From Rhodoluna sp. (GTDB lineage: Bacteria; Actinomycetota; Actinomycetes; Actinomycetales; Microbacteriaceae), in the NCBI GenBank assembly GCA_044232805.1, contig JBIILG010000001.1, positions 32,898-96,897 of the forward strand: a stretch of 64,000 bases of DNA, given 5' to 3'. The notes beneath the pieces were generated by a model, which was not told the origin of the DNA, did no database searches, and was given only the letters and a program-made list of their open reading frames with translations. Below, piece after piece: positions 1 through 9,006 of this stretch. The translations under genes were made by a program, and so were the position numbers. Each line of letters opens with the position of its first letter. Position 1 is the first letter of the stretch.

Positions 1-197
1 CTGGTATCGCCGATGTAAAAACGAACACGGTTGTCGGCTACCTTGTGTCTGAGTTGATCTTGCTTAGCTTCATCACGACTAAAGACCCGAACCTCGGCTG
101 CCCCTTCTGATAGAAGGTGACTTAGCATCGTGGAGCCAAATGAGCCAGTTCCGCCTGTGATTGTTACAACTGAGCCTGAAATCCTATTTTTTGACAA
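1..197 (-). CDS. CapD/PseB-like nucleotide-sugar 4,6-dehydratase (SDR), N-terminal fragment; the gene runs off the window start
   Basis: Hand translation of the minus strand from TTG at 195-197 gives (M)SKNRISGSVVTITGGTGSFGSTMLSHLLSEGAAEVRVFSRDEAKQDQLRHKVADNRVRFYIGDT. It shows the TGGTGSFG Rossmann motif, SRDExKQ and FxIGD blocks typical of the CapD/FlaA1/PseB family. It is absent from the ORF track because it is open-ended. Confidence 0.7.
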   Translation of the reverse strand, partial: MSKNRISGSVVTITGGTGSFGSTMLSHLLSEGAAEVRVFSRDEAKQDQLRHKVADNRVRFYIGDT

Positions 198-325
198 GAA
201 GTACCTCTGCCTTTGCTCTTTTCAACAATAATGCTACTGCTTTTTGCTTTAATCCATGTGTTCGATCTTTGACTAAAGATTTAACCTTTTGTCTTTGGTG
301 ATTTGAACCATTCAGGCTCAAGAAT

Positions 326-1273
326 TTATAGATTTACCCATTCACTCGACACCTTAATCCAGCTCTCTGGATAAAGGTCTTCAGGGTCAGCCATTTGGGC
401 AAACCATTTGGATGGGCACGCGATGGTTTTATTTGGCTTCCCTAGGGTTGCTGCCCACCATGAAAACGTTGAGTTTGCAATAACTAGGTATTGGCATTTA
501 GACATGAGCAGCATTGACTCAAACGAGTGTGATTCCTTTGGGGGGTCAACGAAATGCAGGTTCTTACTTCCACTGTCAAAATTCTCGAATTCGAGCCGAG
601 AAAGTACTTTGTCATCGGAGAAAATCCAAACTGCATCCCAAGTTACCCCTCGGGCCCGTAGGTCTCTCATGGCAGCCTCGTAGTAGGAAACTGACAAAGT
701 GCCAATGTCTGAATTTCCAACATAGTCTCCCCTTCGAACGTGAATCCCAAGCACGTTCCCTTGGCCATCTAGTTCATTCAATTTTTCTGTAAACCAAGTG
801 CTGGGATTTTGCATTTGAATTTCTGAGACTAGGCCTTTGTCCATCAGCGCTTGATAGTACCTCCAGGTCTGAAAATATCCGTTGATGGTGACTGGTGGAT
901 TGATATCTTCTAGCAGCGGATCAAACCCTAGAACGGGGGATTGGTATTGGTGAAGAACTCGTAATTGCAATTCTTTACTTGAGACATGCCTGACTAGAAA
1001 TTTCCTAACTTTTCTTCTAACTACGGATATCTGGTCAGTTAGTGAATACTGGTTGCGACTTGGAGCGTAGCTAAGAGGAAGTGTTACTGCATTAATCCAG
1101 TCCGAATGACCGGATCTACCAAATTGCGAAAGACTTGGATCAACCTTAAGCACTCCACCGGACTTGTGAGCTAAATACTGTCCAGCGAAGTACTGAAACA
1201 ACTGGTTTCCAAGTCCTCCAACAAGAATCAGTTGGATTCTTTTACTCTTTTTAGGTCGCAATATCTGAATCAA
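326..1273 (-). CDS. Glycosyltransferase family 11 (alpha-1,2-fucosyltransferase-like, FutC-type)
   Basis: 315-aa ORF with the three GT11 signature blocks: GGLGNQLFQY near the N-terminus, HVRRGDY, and IANSTFSWWAA. Confidence 0.85.
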   Translation of the reverse strand: MIQILRPKKSKRIQLILVGGLGNQLFQYFAGQYLAHKSGGVLKVDPSLSQFGRSGHSDWINAVTLPLSYAPSRNQYSLTDQISVVRRKVRKFLVRHVSSKELQLRVLHQYQSPVLGFDPLLEDINPPVTINGYFQTWRYYQALMDKGLVSEIQMQNPSTWFTEKLNELDGQGNVLGIHVRRGDYVGNSDIGTLSVSYYEAAMRDLRARGVTWDAVWIFSDDKVLSRLEFENFDSGSKNLHFVDPPKESHSFESMLLMSKCQYLVIANSTFSWWAATLGKPNKTIACPSKWFAQMADPEDLYPESWIKVSSEWVNL

Positions 1274-1952
1274 CCTTTAGGCTTTCTGGTACTCGTGAAG
1301 CTTGTGAAACTAGGCTTTTAACTAGCCTTGCCATACGTATGTCCCCGCGCCCAACTTGCCCGCGAGCAAGGCTTTCCAAGTAACCGTCCCATGGGATCAG
1401 TGGTGGCTCGGGAACACTCCTCGAAATCGCTTCAGCCAATCGCGCATTAACTATGTATGCGTGTGCGCCAGCTCTGAGATCTCCAAGGACGAACCTGAAA
1501 CCTGAAGAATCCTTTGTTCCCCTGTTCCTCAAGAGGGCAATCAGAAACTCTAATGGCCCGTGTCGCAGAGAAGGTGAATAAAAATTCTCAATATAGCCGA
1601 TTTGAAGCAAGTCAAGATGGTTTCTTTCCATAAGGTCTTTGATTTCGAACAGCAATTTTTCGTTGACCCCGGCCCCGGGAGTCGCATCGTCCTCAAAAAT
1701 TAAGGAGAACTCAGCATTTTTGTCAACTGCTTTTCGCATCGCATTTATGTGGGATTTCCAGCAGGCTATTTCTCCCTTTGACAGGAATTCGGATTGTGAT
1801 TGTTCTAGTTGACCATCGACAGCAATTAGAGTTTCGAAGTTTAAGCCAGCCTGTTCAAGTTCGGTACTAATCTGAGCTAATCGGTCTGGTCTTCTGGCTA
1901 GATTTATCACCTGTATGAATAGTCTTGAGTCATTCGAACCAGGTATGTGCAT
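1251..1952 (-). CDS. Glycosyltransferase family 25-like
   Basis: 233-aa ORF. The N-terminal IQVINLARRPDRLAQISTELEQAGLNFETLIAVDG matches the GT25 (LgtB/Lic2B-type) INLxRSxxRR...A(V/I)DG pattern. It overlaps the downstream GT11 gene by 23 nt, indicating an operon. Confidence 0.65.
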   Translation of the reverse strand: MHIPGSNDSRLFIQVINLARRPDRLAQISTELEQAGLNFETLIAVDGQLEQSQSEFLSKGEIACWKSHINAMRKAVDKNAEFSLIFEDDATPGAGVNEKLLFEIKDLMERNHLDLLQIGYIENFYSPSLRHGPLEFLIALLRNRGTKDSSGFRFVLGDLRAGAHAYIVNARLAEAISRSVPEPPLIPWDGYLESLARGQVGRGDIRMARLVKSLVSQASRVPESLKVDSDIAT

Positions 1953-2094
1953 TTACTTTATGCCTTCCACATCCAACAAAAAAATGTATTTAGAATAATT
2001 TTGTTAGATTTTAGCACTTTTTGATTAAGTCGGCCCGAGGTATTTCTGATTCTCGATCCCTAACATTGTTCCCAAAAATTTGCAGCTTCGTTCT

Positions 2095-2283
2095 TCAGGA
2101 GTTACCTACTTTGTGACTTGTGTGCTTAGATACCGAAGAATCAGCGATACTAATCCAAAATCTGTGCTGAGGGATTCGAATGAGTCGTCGTAGTTTATGG
2201 GATTGCCGTGATACTAGGACCAATGTAGCTGAAAAGACGATTACGCCTAGGATTGAATTGGCTGGGTTAGTGTAGCTAGACAT
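2095..2283 (-). CDS. Hypothetical small membrane protein (one predicted TM helix)
   Basis: 62-aa ORF directly downstream of the GT-C-like gene on the same strand, with the hydrophobic stretch ILGVIVFSATLVLV. There is no recognisable family, so the coding status is uncertain. Confidence 0.3.
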   Translation of the reverse strand: MSSYTNPANSILGVIVFSATLVLVSRQSHKLRRLIRIPQHRFWISIADSSVSKHTSHKVGNS

Positions 2284-2309
2284 GAATCCAAAGGATTAGA
2301 CACTTCCGG

Positions 2310-3923
2310 TCAAATCACTTTGTTTCGTTGTCTCACTAAGAATGCCTTAAAGTACTCTGACATAGCAAAAATTACCAATGAGTACACGAGTGCGGTTATG
2401 GGAAGAATCGAAACTTCCTCTTTGTGCCTTACTCCTACTAGCATCCAAGAAGCTCCCATAAACGCTGCCTGGCTGAGTAATGCTGAAACTAATAGAAGCG
2501 ACAGCCCAGAACGTCTCAAGACAAACCACGCAGGGATAACTAGTAGCGTCAGCAGGTATTCAACAAAAATGGAAACACGAATTTTTTCGAGGCTCGAGGC
2601 TAAATCAAAAGCAAACTTATCTATGGACATGGAAGGGTTCCAGTAACTTTGGAATGGTGGTGGGTAATCATCTGCAAAGCTGTAACTCAAATCATTGCTA
2701 GCATTCGGGTCACTACCTTTCAAGACAAGGCTTCTTGGGTCTTGCTCAACCGGAAGAAAGCCATCCTGGTAAACACCCCAATCACTTAATAATCCGAAAC
2801 TTATATTGTTGAAAACGTGGCCAGGATTACTAAGGAGGTATTCAAGAAACACAGCTCGGCCTAACTTCTCGCCTTCGGCAAGTCCAACGTTCCAATAGAT
2901 TGGCGTTGGTTGACTGAAGTGGCTGTATTCCGGTGGAAGCTCTCGAGCGTTTGTTACTTCAATAAGTTGATCTCGATTCATGGCCATGATTTCATTCCAC
3001 AATGACAGACCCTGCTCTTTGACTTCGGGATAAGCACCGGTGTCAATTGTTCGGTACGCAAACGAAGAACCCTCAGGTAATTGCTGAATGAGTGCCTTCC
3101 AGCGAAGAGCCTCGATACCTAGATACTCGTTATCTCTTTCCAGGTAACTAGGGTCCATCGAAGATGTGAGAATCCAGGCGGTGTCATAATTCAAAGTCCT
3201 GGTACCTGTGGTGGGCTCGTGAAAAGAAGTGGTAAAAAAAGAAACAAAGGCAAGAGCGCTGATAGTTGCCGCCGCTAAGCCCAGAGCTATTTTTTTGAAA
3301 TTTAGCCCACTAAACACAAATATCGTAATCAAGCCAAAGATTACAACTAGAGAATTGAATTTCACCAAATAGGCCAGTGAAAACACTAATCCTGTAATCG
3401 ACGATAAGACAATGACTCTAGGTACGGTTTTCTGTCTACCCCCAGTTGCGGCTAGTAGCAACGACAGGATTAGAAGATCACCCTGGAGCCACTCTGGAGA
3501 AGCAGAATTCAGACCACCCCAGAAACCGACGTAAAGGGAAGTGCCGAGGACAAAAACAGATGCCACGGCTGCGTTTGTAAGACGCCACAACAAAAACACA
3601 GCCATAAGAAAAAGAATCAAGTGAAGAACGTTCTGGCCCAATTGGACGCTTTGGAGCCATTCAATGTCAGTGTATGCAGAAGGTTTTGAAACTTCTCCAA
3701 TTCCCAGAATTTTACTTAGAACATAGCTGTAGCCTGGGGCCAAAATCAGATTTGATGAGCCAAATGTGCCATGAACCATCATTTCTAAATAAGTGGGGTT
3801 GTCAGATCTACCGATATTCAGAGGATATCCGGTTGCGAAAATCACTTGCAACACAACAGCAATCAAGAGCGAAGGCAACAGAAGAGTGGCTTCTTGTGGA
3901 GCTTTCCTTAGCCAGCTAATCAT
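2310..3923 (-). CDS. Polytopic membrane protein, possible GT-C-fold glycosyltransferase
   Basis: 537-aa ORF. The N-terminal half has many hydrophobic helices, with an acidic first loop (RSDNPTYLEMM). A soluble domain of about 250 aa follows, then C-terminal TM helices. It sits in an operon with a GT2, an SDR and a sugar dehydrogenase. The fold assignment is inferred from architecture only. Confidence 0.45.
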   Translation of the reverse strand: MISWLRKAPQEATLLLPSLLIAVVLQVIFATGYPLNIGRSDNPTYLEMMVHGTFGSSNLILAPGYSYVLSKILGIGEVSKPSAYTDIEWLQSVQLGQNVLHLILFLMAVFLLWRLTNAAVASVFVLGTSLYVGFWGGLNSASPEWLQGDLLILSLLLAATGGRQKTVPRVIVLSSITGLVFSLAYLVKFNSLVVIFGLITIFVFSGLNFKKIALGLAAATISALAFVSFFTTSFHEPTTGTRTLNYDTAWILTSSMDPSYLERDNEYLGIEALRWKALIQQLPEGSSFAYRTIDTGAYPEVKEQGLSLWNEIMAMNRDQLIEVTNARELPPEYSHFSQPTPIYWNVGLAEGEKLGRAVFLEYLLSNPGHVFNNISFGLLSDWGVYQDGFLPVEQDPRSLVLKGSDPNASNDLSYSFADDYPPPFQSYWNPSMSIDKFAFDLASSLEKIRVSIFVEYLLTLLVIPAWFVLRRSGLSLLLVSALLSQAAFMGASWMLVGVRHKEEVSILPITALVYSLVIFAMSEYFKAFLVRQRNKVI

Positions 3924-3980
3924 TTTCTTACCTCTAAAATGTTTTTGGGATCAGTAGAAACTAACCTTGGGTCTTCTCGC

Positions 3981-5006
3981 TTAGACCAGTCCCGCTTTAG
4001 AAGCAGACTTTATCCAGGGGATAACCTCGTCTAGCATGGTGCTCAATTCGGTGTCAGCACTGAAACCTAGTATTTTCTTTGCTTTATCGGTTGCTGGAAC
4101 ACGCTTTTGAACATCATATTCAAACCCGGATTCAAGGACGTAGTTGAATGGTTTTGAGACTGCGTGAATCTTTTTCCAGATGGCTTCTGCTAATTCAATT
4201 ACCGTGTGACCGACTGATGTGGACATGTTGAAATCATTATTGGTAGCCTCTGGGTGCTCAAGGCTCATGACGATGCCCCTGGCCAAGTCTCCCCCGTAGG
4301 TGTAATGGCGTACCTGATCTCCCGTTCCAAGTATGTGAACCGGATCCTGGCCTGCGAGAATTTTCTGGATTAGGTCAGGTACAACGTGACTCATGGCTAA
4401 ATTTACGTTTCCTGACTTAATCTCTACTTCTCCAAGGGCCCTAGATTCGCCAATGCCGACACAGTTGAAAGGTCGGATTATTGTGTATGGGAGCTTGTAC
4501 TGATCCCATGCCGCTCGGGCAAAATACTCCACAGCCAGTTTTTGGAATCCATATGATGAAAGTGGTGGTGGGACTACAAGCTGGTCTCCCTCTTGACTTG
4601 GCCAACGATCTGTCGATTCAAAAACCATGGAGGAGCTCATGTAAGTAAGCTTCTTGAGCTTTCCATTCTCATGAGCCCAAATGGCCGCATCACAGGCAGA
4701 TGCAGTCATTCTTTCGTTCTTTGCAAGTAAGTCGTATGCATAAGTATGGAAATAAGAGATTCCGCCAATTAGGGCTGCCCCGGCTATGAAATGATCACAA
4801 TCAGCGATCACAGACTTCATAAACTCAACATCTGAGGCATCTCCCTCGTGAAGCGTGTAGTTTGGGTGGCTGTCATAACTTTTTGCTACCCTGCCGTACT
4901 TTGAGAAGTTGTCTACTCCTGCTACCTCAAAGCCTTTATTCAACAGTTCTTCGACTATGTACCCGCCGATAAAACCGTTAGACCCAGTAACTAGTACTTT
5001 CATCAC
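3981..5006 (-). CDS. NAD-dependent epimerase/dehydratase (extended SDR)
   Basis: 341-aa ORF with the N-terminal MKVLVTGSNGFIGGYIVEEL Rossmann motif and SSYGFQK (YxxxK-type catalytic region). The substrate is not assignable. Confidence 0.8.
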   Translation of the reverse strand: MMKVLVTGSNGFIGGYIVEELLNKGFEVAGVDNFSKYGRVAKSYDSHPNYTLHEGDASDVEFMKSVIADCDHFIAGAALIGGISYFHTYAYDLLAKNERMTASACDAAIWAHENGKLKKLTYMSSSMVFESTDRWPSQEGDQLVVPPPLSSYGFQKLAVEYFARAAWDQYKLPYTIIRPFNCVGIGESRALGEVEIKSGNVNLAMSHVVPDLIQKILAGQDPVHILGTGDQVRHYTYGGDLARGIVMSLEHPEATNNDFNMSTSVGHTVIELAEAIWKKIHAVSKPFNYVLESGFEYDVQKRVPATDKAKKILGFSADTELSTMLDEVIPWIKSASKAGLV

Positions 5007-5779
5007 TTCTCCGTATTCTTAATCAGTGCCCGAATCGTTGAGTCTGGATGTGGAAACCCCAAACCAAATAGATACCAACCGAGGTACCTTGGCAGCCATT
5101 TTGCTAATCTAAAATTTGACTTCCCAAAGGTCCTGTCAATCCAAGTAGTTGGAATTTCTGCAACAGATAATCCGAGTCTCCTAGCTTTGGCAGTTAACTC
5201 AAGTCCAATTTCAAAACCATGTCTACTGTGAATTCCCACTTTGTCAACAAAATCCTTATCGTATGCCTTGAAAGAGTTAGTTGCATCCTGTGTGCCGACT
5301 CCAGTAATCAACGCAAAGCTTTTCCCGGCAACCCTAGACAACAAGCGCTTTAATCGTGGCCCACCCACCTGCTGGCCTCCCGGCATGTATCTCGAAGCTG
5401 AAGCGATTACCACTCCACGCCTGACTAAGTTTGCTAGCTCCCCTACTTGCCGTGGGTCATCACAACCATCCGCCATAGTGACTACGACCACGTTAGCGAT
5501 TGCTTGATCAATCCCATACCGAATGGCGTTTGCTGGACCCACGCCGTAGGTGTTTACTACCAATCGAATTGAAGGAATTTCTTCAGACAACTTCTTTACT
5601 GGACCGACGGTCGAGTCGTTGGGGTTATCCACGACTACCAGAATTTCGTTTGGTTGCTGTATTTCTTGGCTTAAGTTTGTAAGCCCAGCAACAACCCCCT
5701 CTCCTTCTTCAAACGCAGGAATAATCACCGAAATTCTGGGCGTCGTGGTCAATCTAAATTCCTCGGGGTTATTCCCCAC
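5003..5779 (-). CDS. GT2 glycosyltransferase, DPM1/GtrB/ArnC-like (candidate polyprenyl-phosphate sugar synthase)
   Basis: 258-aa ORF with ISVIIPAFEE at the N-terminus, VVVDNPNDST (DxD-like), and size and layout like dolichol-P-mannose synthase-type GT2 enzymes. It overlaps both neighbouring genes, consistent with a coupled operon. Confidence 0.65.
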   Translation of the reverse strand: MGNNPEEFRLTTTPRISVIIPAFEEGEGVVAGLTNLSQEIQQPNEILVVVDNPNDSTVGPVKKLSEEIPSIRLVVNTYGVGPANAIRYGIDQAIANVVVVTMADGCDDPRQVGELANLVRRGVVIASASRYMPGGQQVGGPRLKRLLSRVAGKSFALITGVGTQDATNSFKAYDKDFVDKVGIHSRHGFEIGLELTAKARRLGLSVAEIPTTWIDRTFGKSNFRLAKWLPRYLGWYLFGLGFPHPDSTIRALIKNTEK

Positions 5780-6939
5780 ATGTCTACCAAAGGCTTGTCT
5801 GTTACCAAGTCTTTGTATTCTCTATGTGGTGTTGCCAAGATAAGGATGTCGGCCTGTTGCAAGACCTGGTCTAGTGGCATCAGTTCCTGGTCGATACTGG
5901 TTGGCACCATTGGGTCTGTTGTGAGAACTTTTTTTGCCCGAAACTTTAGCACCCGCTTTAGTTTGTAGGACAAGGAGCTTCGAATGTCGTCTGAGCCAGC
6001 CTTGAAAGCCATCCCTAGAATTCCCACCGTCATGCTTAACAAATCATATTTTGATTCAAGCTGGGAGACGATGAATTGAGGCATCCCCTCGTTTACTAAC
6101 ATGGCGGAATGGCCAAGATGGAAGTTGTTATCTGAGAAAGCCGCCAATTGCATTGTGTCTTTGAACAAACAGGGTCCAGCGGCAAAACCAGCGCTTGGAA
6201 CATCAGCGGCTCTCGGATAGTCCTGCCTAATAGCGGACCTAATATTCTCATAGTCAAGGCCCTTGGATTCTGCCATCATGTAAAACTGATTGGCCATGGC
6301 GAACTTCACATATCGCCAAGTATTCGTAAACAACTTTGCTAGCTCGGCTTCTTCTGGTGATAGCCGAACAATGGCAGGTGCGATTCTTGAGAATAGCTCG
6401 GAGGCTCTATCAAAACCCCTTTGTGTTCTGGACGAAACTATCTGAGGAAGGCTTACAAGTTCCTCAACGGCATTATGCTCGGCAATTCTTTCAGGTGCGA
6501 AGGCAACATCCATGTCCAGCCCCCAAGCTTGTAATTCTCGCTCAACTTGTCTTGTAACCCCTGGGTAAATAGTTGATCGCAGAATTAATAGTTGACCATT
6601 TCTTAGGTGTGGGCGACACCTTTCCAGAGCCAAAGTGATTGCTTGGGGGTCTGGATTTAGATGCTCGTCAACTGGTGTCCCGATAACCACAATCAGGGAA
6701 TCCGCTTCTCCGGTTACGGATGGGTCGGTCGTGGCGACTAATTTTTCAGCTGCAATTGATTTCTGGAGAAGTTTCTCCGCCCCAGGCTCCCAAAAAGGCA
6801 TCTTTCCCGCGTTTATTCCCTCGACTACAGATTTGGAAATGTCATAGATTCCAGTTTTTACGCCTCTGCTCGAGAGCATAATCGCGAGTGGAAGTCCAAC
6901 GTGACCCCCCCCACCAATAACGACTGCATCGAAACTCAT
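5749..6939 (-). CDS. Nucleotide-sugar dehydrogenase (UDP-glucose/GDP-mannose dehydrogenase family)
   Basis: 396-aa ORF with the N-terminal VVIGGGGHVGLPLA NAD-binding motif, GPCLFKD (catalytic Cys region) and C-terminal GMAFKAGSDDIRSS typical of the family. Confidence 0.8.
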   Translation of the reverse strand: MSFDAVVIGGGGHVGLPLAIMLSSRGVKTGIYDISKSVVEGINAGKMPFWEPGAEKLLQKSIAAEKLVATTDPSVTGEADSLIVVIGTPVDEHLNPDPQAITLALERCRPHLRNGQLLILRSTIYPGVTRQVERELQAWGLDMDVAFAPERIAEHNAVEELVSLPQIVSSRTQRGFDRASELFSRIAPAIVRLSPEEAELAKLFTNTWRYVKFAMANQFYMMAESKGLDYENIRSAIRQDYPRAADVPSAGFAAGPCLFKDTMQLAAFSDNNFHLGHSAMLVNEGMPQFIVSQLESKYDLLSMTVGILGMAFKAGSDDIRSSLSYKLKRVLKFRAKKVLTTDPMVPTSIDQELMPLDQVLQQADILILATPHREYKDLVTDKPLVDMWGITPRNLD

Positions 6940-7161
6940 ATGGTCCCCGGAAATCCTAAAGATTGTGGTCTTGTGACCTTAGTTCTAACGATACAGGTAG
7001 GTGGCCTAGGTTAGTTATCACAGCGTACATATAAAAAGTACAGAAGCGGCCTAGGTGAGGAAATTTAAGACCCAAGGATGCGTCAAGTATCTTTCAGATA
7101 CCTCAAATCACTAATTGGCGGTGTCCATCGGGTGGGAGAACTTGAAATTTTCTTCCGGGTC

Positions 7162-8724
7162 CTAGTGATTGATAGTGAATCCATCGTGACTCATGGCGTC
7201 TCCCCACCGGTGTACGAGTTGCGATATTTCCAATTCAGTAACGGATGGGTCCCTAGTTGAGCTCTCGTGATGAATTGCAAGCACCGAATTGGCTTGTAGC
7301 ACACTCAACCCCAGAGAGCGAATTTTTTGGCAGTAGTCAACATCGTTGAAGTTTAAGGGAAATAGAGTTGAAAACCCACCAACTGCTTCCCATGTAGATT
7401 TCTTTTGAAACATTAAAGCGCCCGTCACCCCGACTGCTTCTCTATCAATTAGTAGGTCATATAATCCACGTTCCAAAGAAGGTGACCTAGAATGTGCGTG
7501 GATGGGAAGTCCTCGTTGAAATGCGTGGCCGCCATGCTGAATAGAGTGGTCAGGAAATGCCAGCAACCCTCCCACTAGTCCTACGTTTGGGAGCTTTAGT
7601 AAGCCGTTTAGTTGTATTAGCGGATTATCAACTCCAAATTCTAAATCATCGTTTAGTAACAAAATGTTTTCGTTTTTTGAAGTAAGAAATCCAATGTTGC
7701 ATCTTCTAGAAAAGTTGAATTCTTCTGAGTCTTGTACTGAAAAAACAAGGGGTTTTCCTAATGCAGCATCACTAAATTGGAAACTCTCACCTGAACTATG
7801 AACCAGTATGGCCTCATCACCTAGTTCGACATTTAGAAATGGCGCCAGGCTTTCCAAGAGAAGCTCAACCAGCACTCTTCCTTCTGGGTTTTTTTGATAT
7901 TTAGTTGGAATAACTACAGATATTGGCAAGTCTCTTTCTTTGAATACTGCTTTTAGAGCCCCTGGGTACAGTTTTAGTACTTCAACTTGGGCCGTAGATC
8001 CAATTTTGTCCAAGTGATTCTGAGCAGCCTCTCTGCCTGCTTCATAGGCCCAAGGTTTGCTTTCTGGGTTAGACGCGGTTGAGGTGCTGCTTTGTCTCTG
8101 GTTGTAAAGGGGCATTGAGATGTGCCTAAATGAAGTCGTGACTCGACTAACCCGCAGAGCTAAGTCGTGGTCCTGAGACCCATCAAATTCTGAGCGAAAA
8201 CCCCCGACTTTCCAAAAAACAGAGGACCTGACGGCCATCAGGTGAACGGCGTACATGTTGAAAATTAGTCTTATCGGGGACCAATACGGTTTATAACGCC
8301 TTTGGATTTTGTTGCTACGTTCGTCAACCAAGAACGAGTCAGAGTATAGAAAATCATGGCTTTCCTTTGCTGCTGACAAAACTGGCAACCAGTTCGGTTC
8401 GAGAAAATCATCCTGATCCAAAAAAACAAAAAAGTCAGCCGATGAATTTCTTGCGGCATAATTAGTAGCCTTGCTAATTCCAACATGTTTGTCCATTACA
8501 AGAAACCGACCGTTGTATTTCTTCACCAGTCGCTTGAGCTTGGCTATGCTCGACACGTTAGTTTTTCCATCGAGAACCAATATGTGCTCTACGCCCGGTC
8601 CCATAGCACTTTTAAGGCACTCTTCCAGCTCATTTAGAGAAGGTTTGTAAACTGGAGTTATGACCGAAAAGATTGGTGTGTCGTTAAGAGAAACTCGCGG
8701 ATGATTTTTGATTATCAGACCCAT
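7162..8724 (-). CDS. Two-domain GT2 glycosyltransferase
   Basis: There are two GT2 N-terminal signatures in one ORF: FSVITPVYKPS...LDQDD and ISVVIPTKYQ...LNDDLE. The track ORF starts at GTG 8769, but ATG 8724 (MGLIIKNHPRV) follows the stop of the upstream ORF by 7 nt and has an AGGTAAGAG-like SD, so it is preferred here. Confidence 0.75.
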   Translation of the reverse strand: MGLIIKNHPRVSLNDTPIFSVITPVYKPSLNELEECLKSAMGPGVEHILVLDGKTNVSSIAKLKRLVKKYNGRFLVMDKHVGISKATNYAARNSSADFFVFLDQDDFLEPNWLPVLSAAKESHDFLYSDSFLVDERSNKIQRRYKPYWSPIRLIFNMYAVHLMAVRSSVFWKVGGFRSEFDGSQDHDLALRVSRVTTSFRHISMPLYNQRQSSTSTASNPESKPWAYEAGREAAQNHLDKIGSTAQVEVLKLYPGALKAVFKERDLPISVVIPTKYQKNPEGRVLVELLLESLAPFLNVELGDEAILVHSSGESFQFSDAALGKPLVFSVQDSEEFNFSRRCNIGFLTSKNENILLLNDDLEFGVDNPLIQLNGLLKLPNVGLVGGLLAFPDHSIQHGGHAFQRGLPIHAHSRSPSLERGLYDLLIDREAVGVTGALMFQKKSTWEAVGGFSTLFPLNFNDVDYCQKIRSLGLSVLQANSVLAIHHESSTRDPSVTELEISQLVHRWGDAMSHDGFTINH

Positions 8725-8731
8725 GCTTCTC

Positions 8732-8989
8732 TTACCTGTGACTTCTATTGAAGAGTTCCCTAATTGCACGTAAAGGTCTTGTAACCTTCCAAGAAATAGT
8801 ATTTAGTGTGGCTTGATGCTCATCAGTTATGTGATGAAGGCCTATGCCGAGTATTCTATTTTCTTCTTCTAAGAATGTGATTCGGGTTCTCATTTGAAGG
8901 CCTTGGGCTATTGAGGTTATTGCTAGATCCCGTTCTTGAAGTCGGCGGAATCTTTCTTCCTGGTCAGATAGTTGATTTTTGTTCTTCAT
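8732..8989 (-). CDS. Small coiled-coil protein with a C-terminal SWKVTRPLRAIR motif
   Basis: 85-aa ORF that is charged and heptad-like (QEERFRRLQERDLA...FLEEENRIL) and ends in TISWKVTRPLRAIRELF. It is tightly packed between a methyltransferase and a GT2 gene. Confidence 0.5.
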   Translation of the reverse strand: MKNKNQLSDQEERFRRLQERDLAITSIAQGLQMRTRITFLEEENRILGIGLHHITDEHQATLNTISWKVTRPLRAIRELFNRSHR

Positions 8990-9006
8990 GTCCCCCCCAA
9001 CTCTAA

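Noticed and set aside
7003-7056. GGCCTAGGT repeated twice (7003-7011 and 7048-7056) in the promoter region upstream of the sugar-dehydrogenase operon as a possible operator
   Set aside because: There are only two short copies, no clear dyad symmetry beyond CCTAGG, and no nearby regulator gene, so the evidence is insufficient.
8732-8769. The 38-nt overlap between the 85-aa ORF and the track start of the two-domain GT2 gene as a frameshifted fusion
   Set aside because: An ATG at 8724 with an SD-like AGGTAAGAG lies 7 nt after the upstream stop and gives a normal GT2 N-terminus. The GTG 8769 extension is probably just an open frame.
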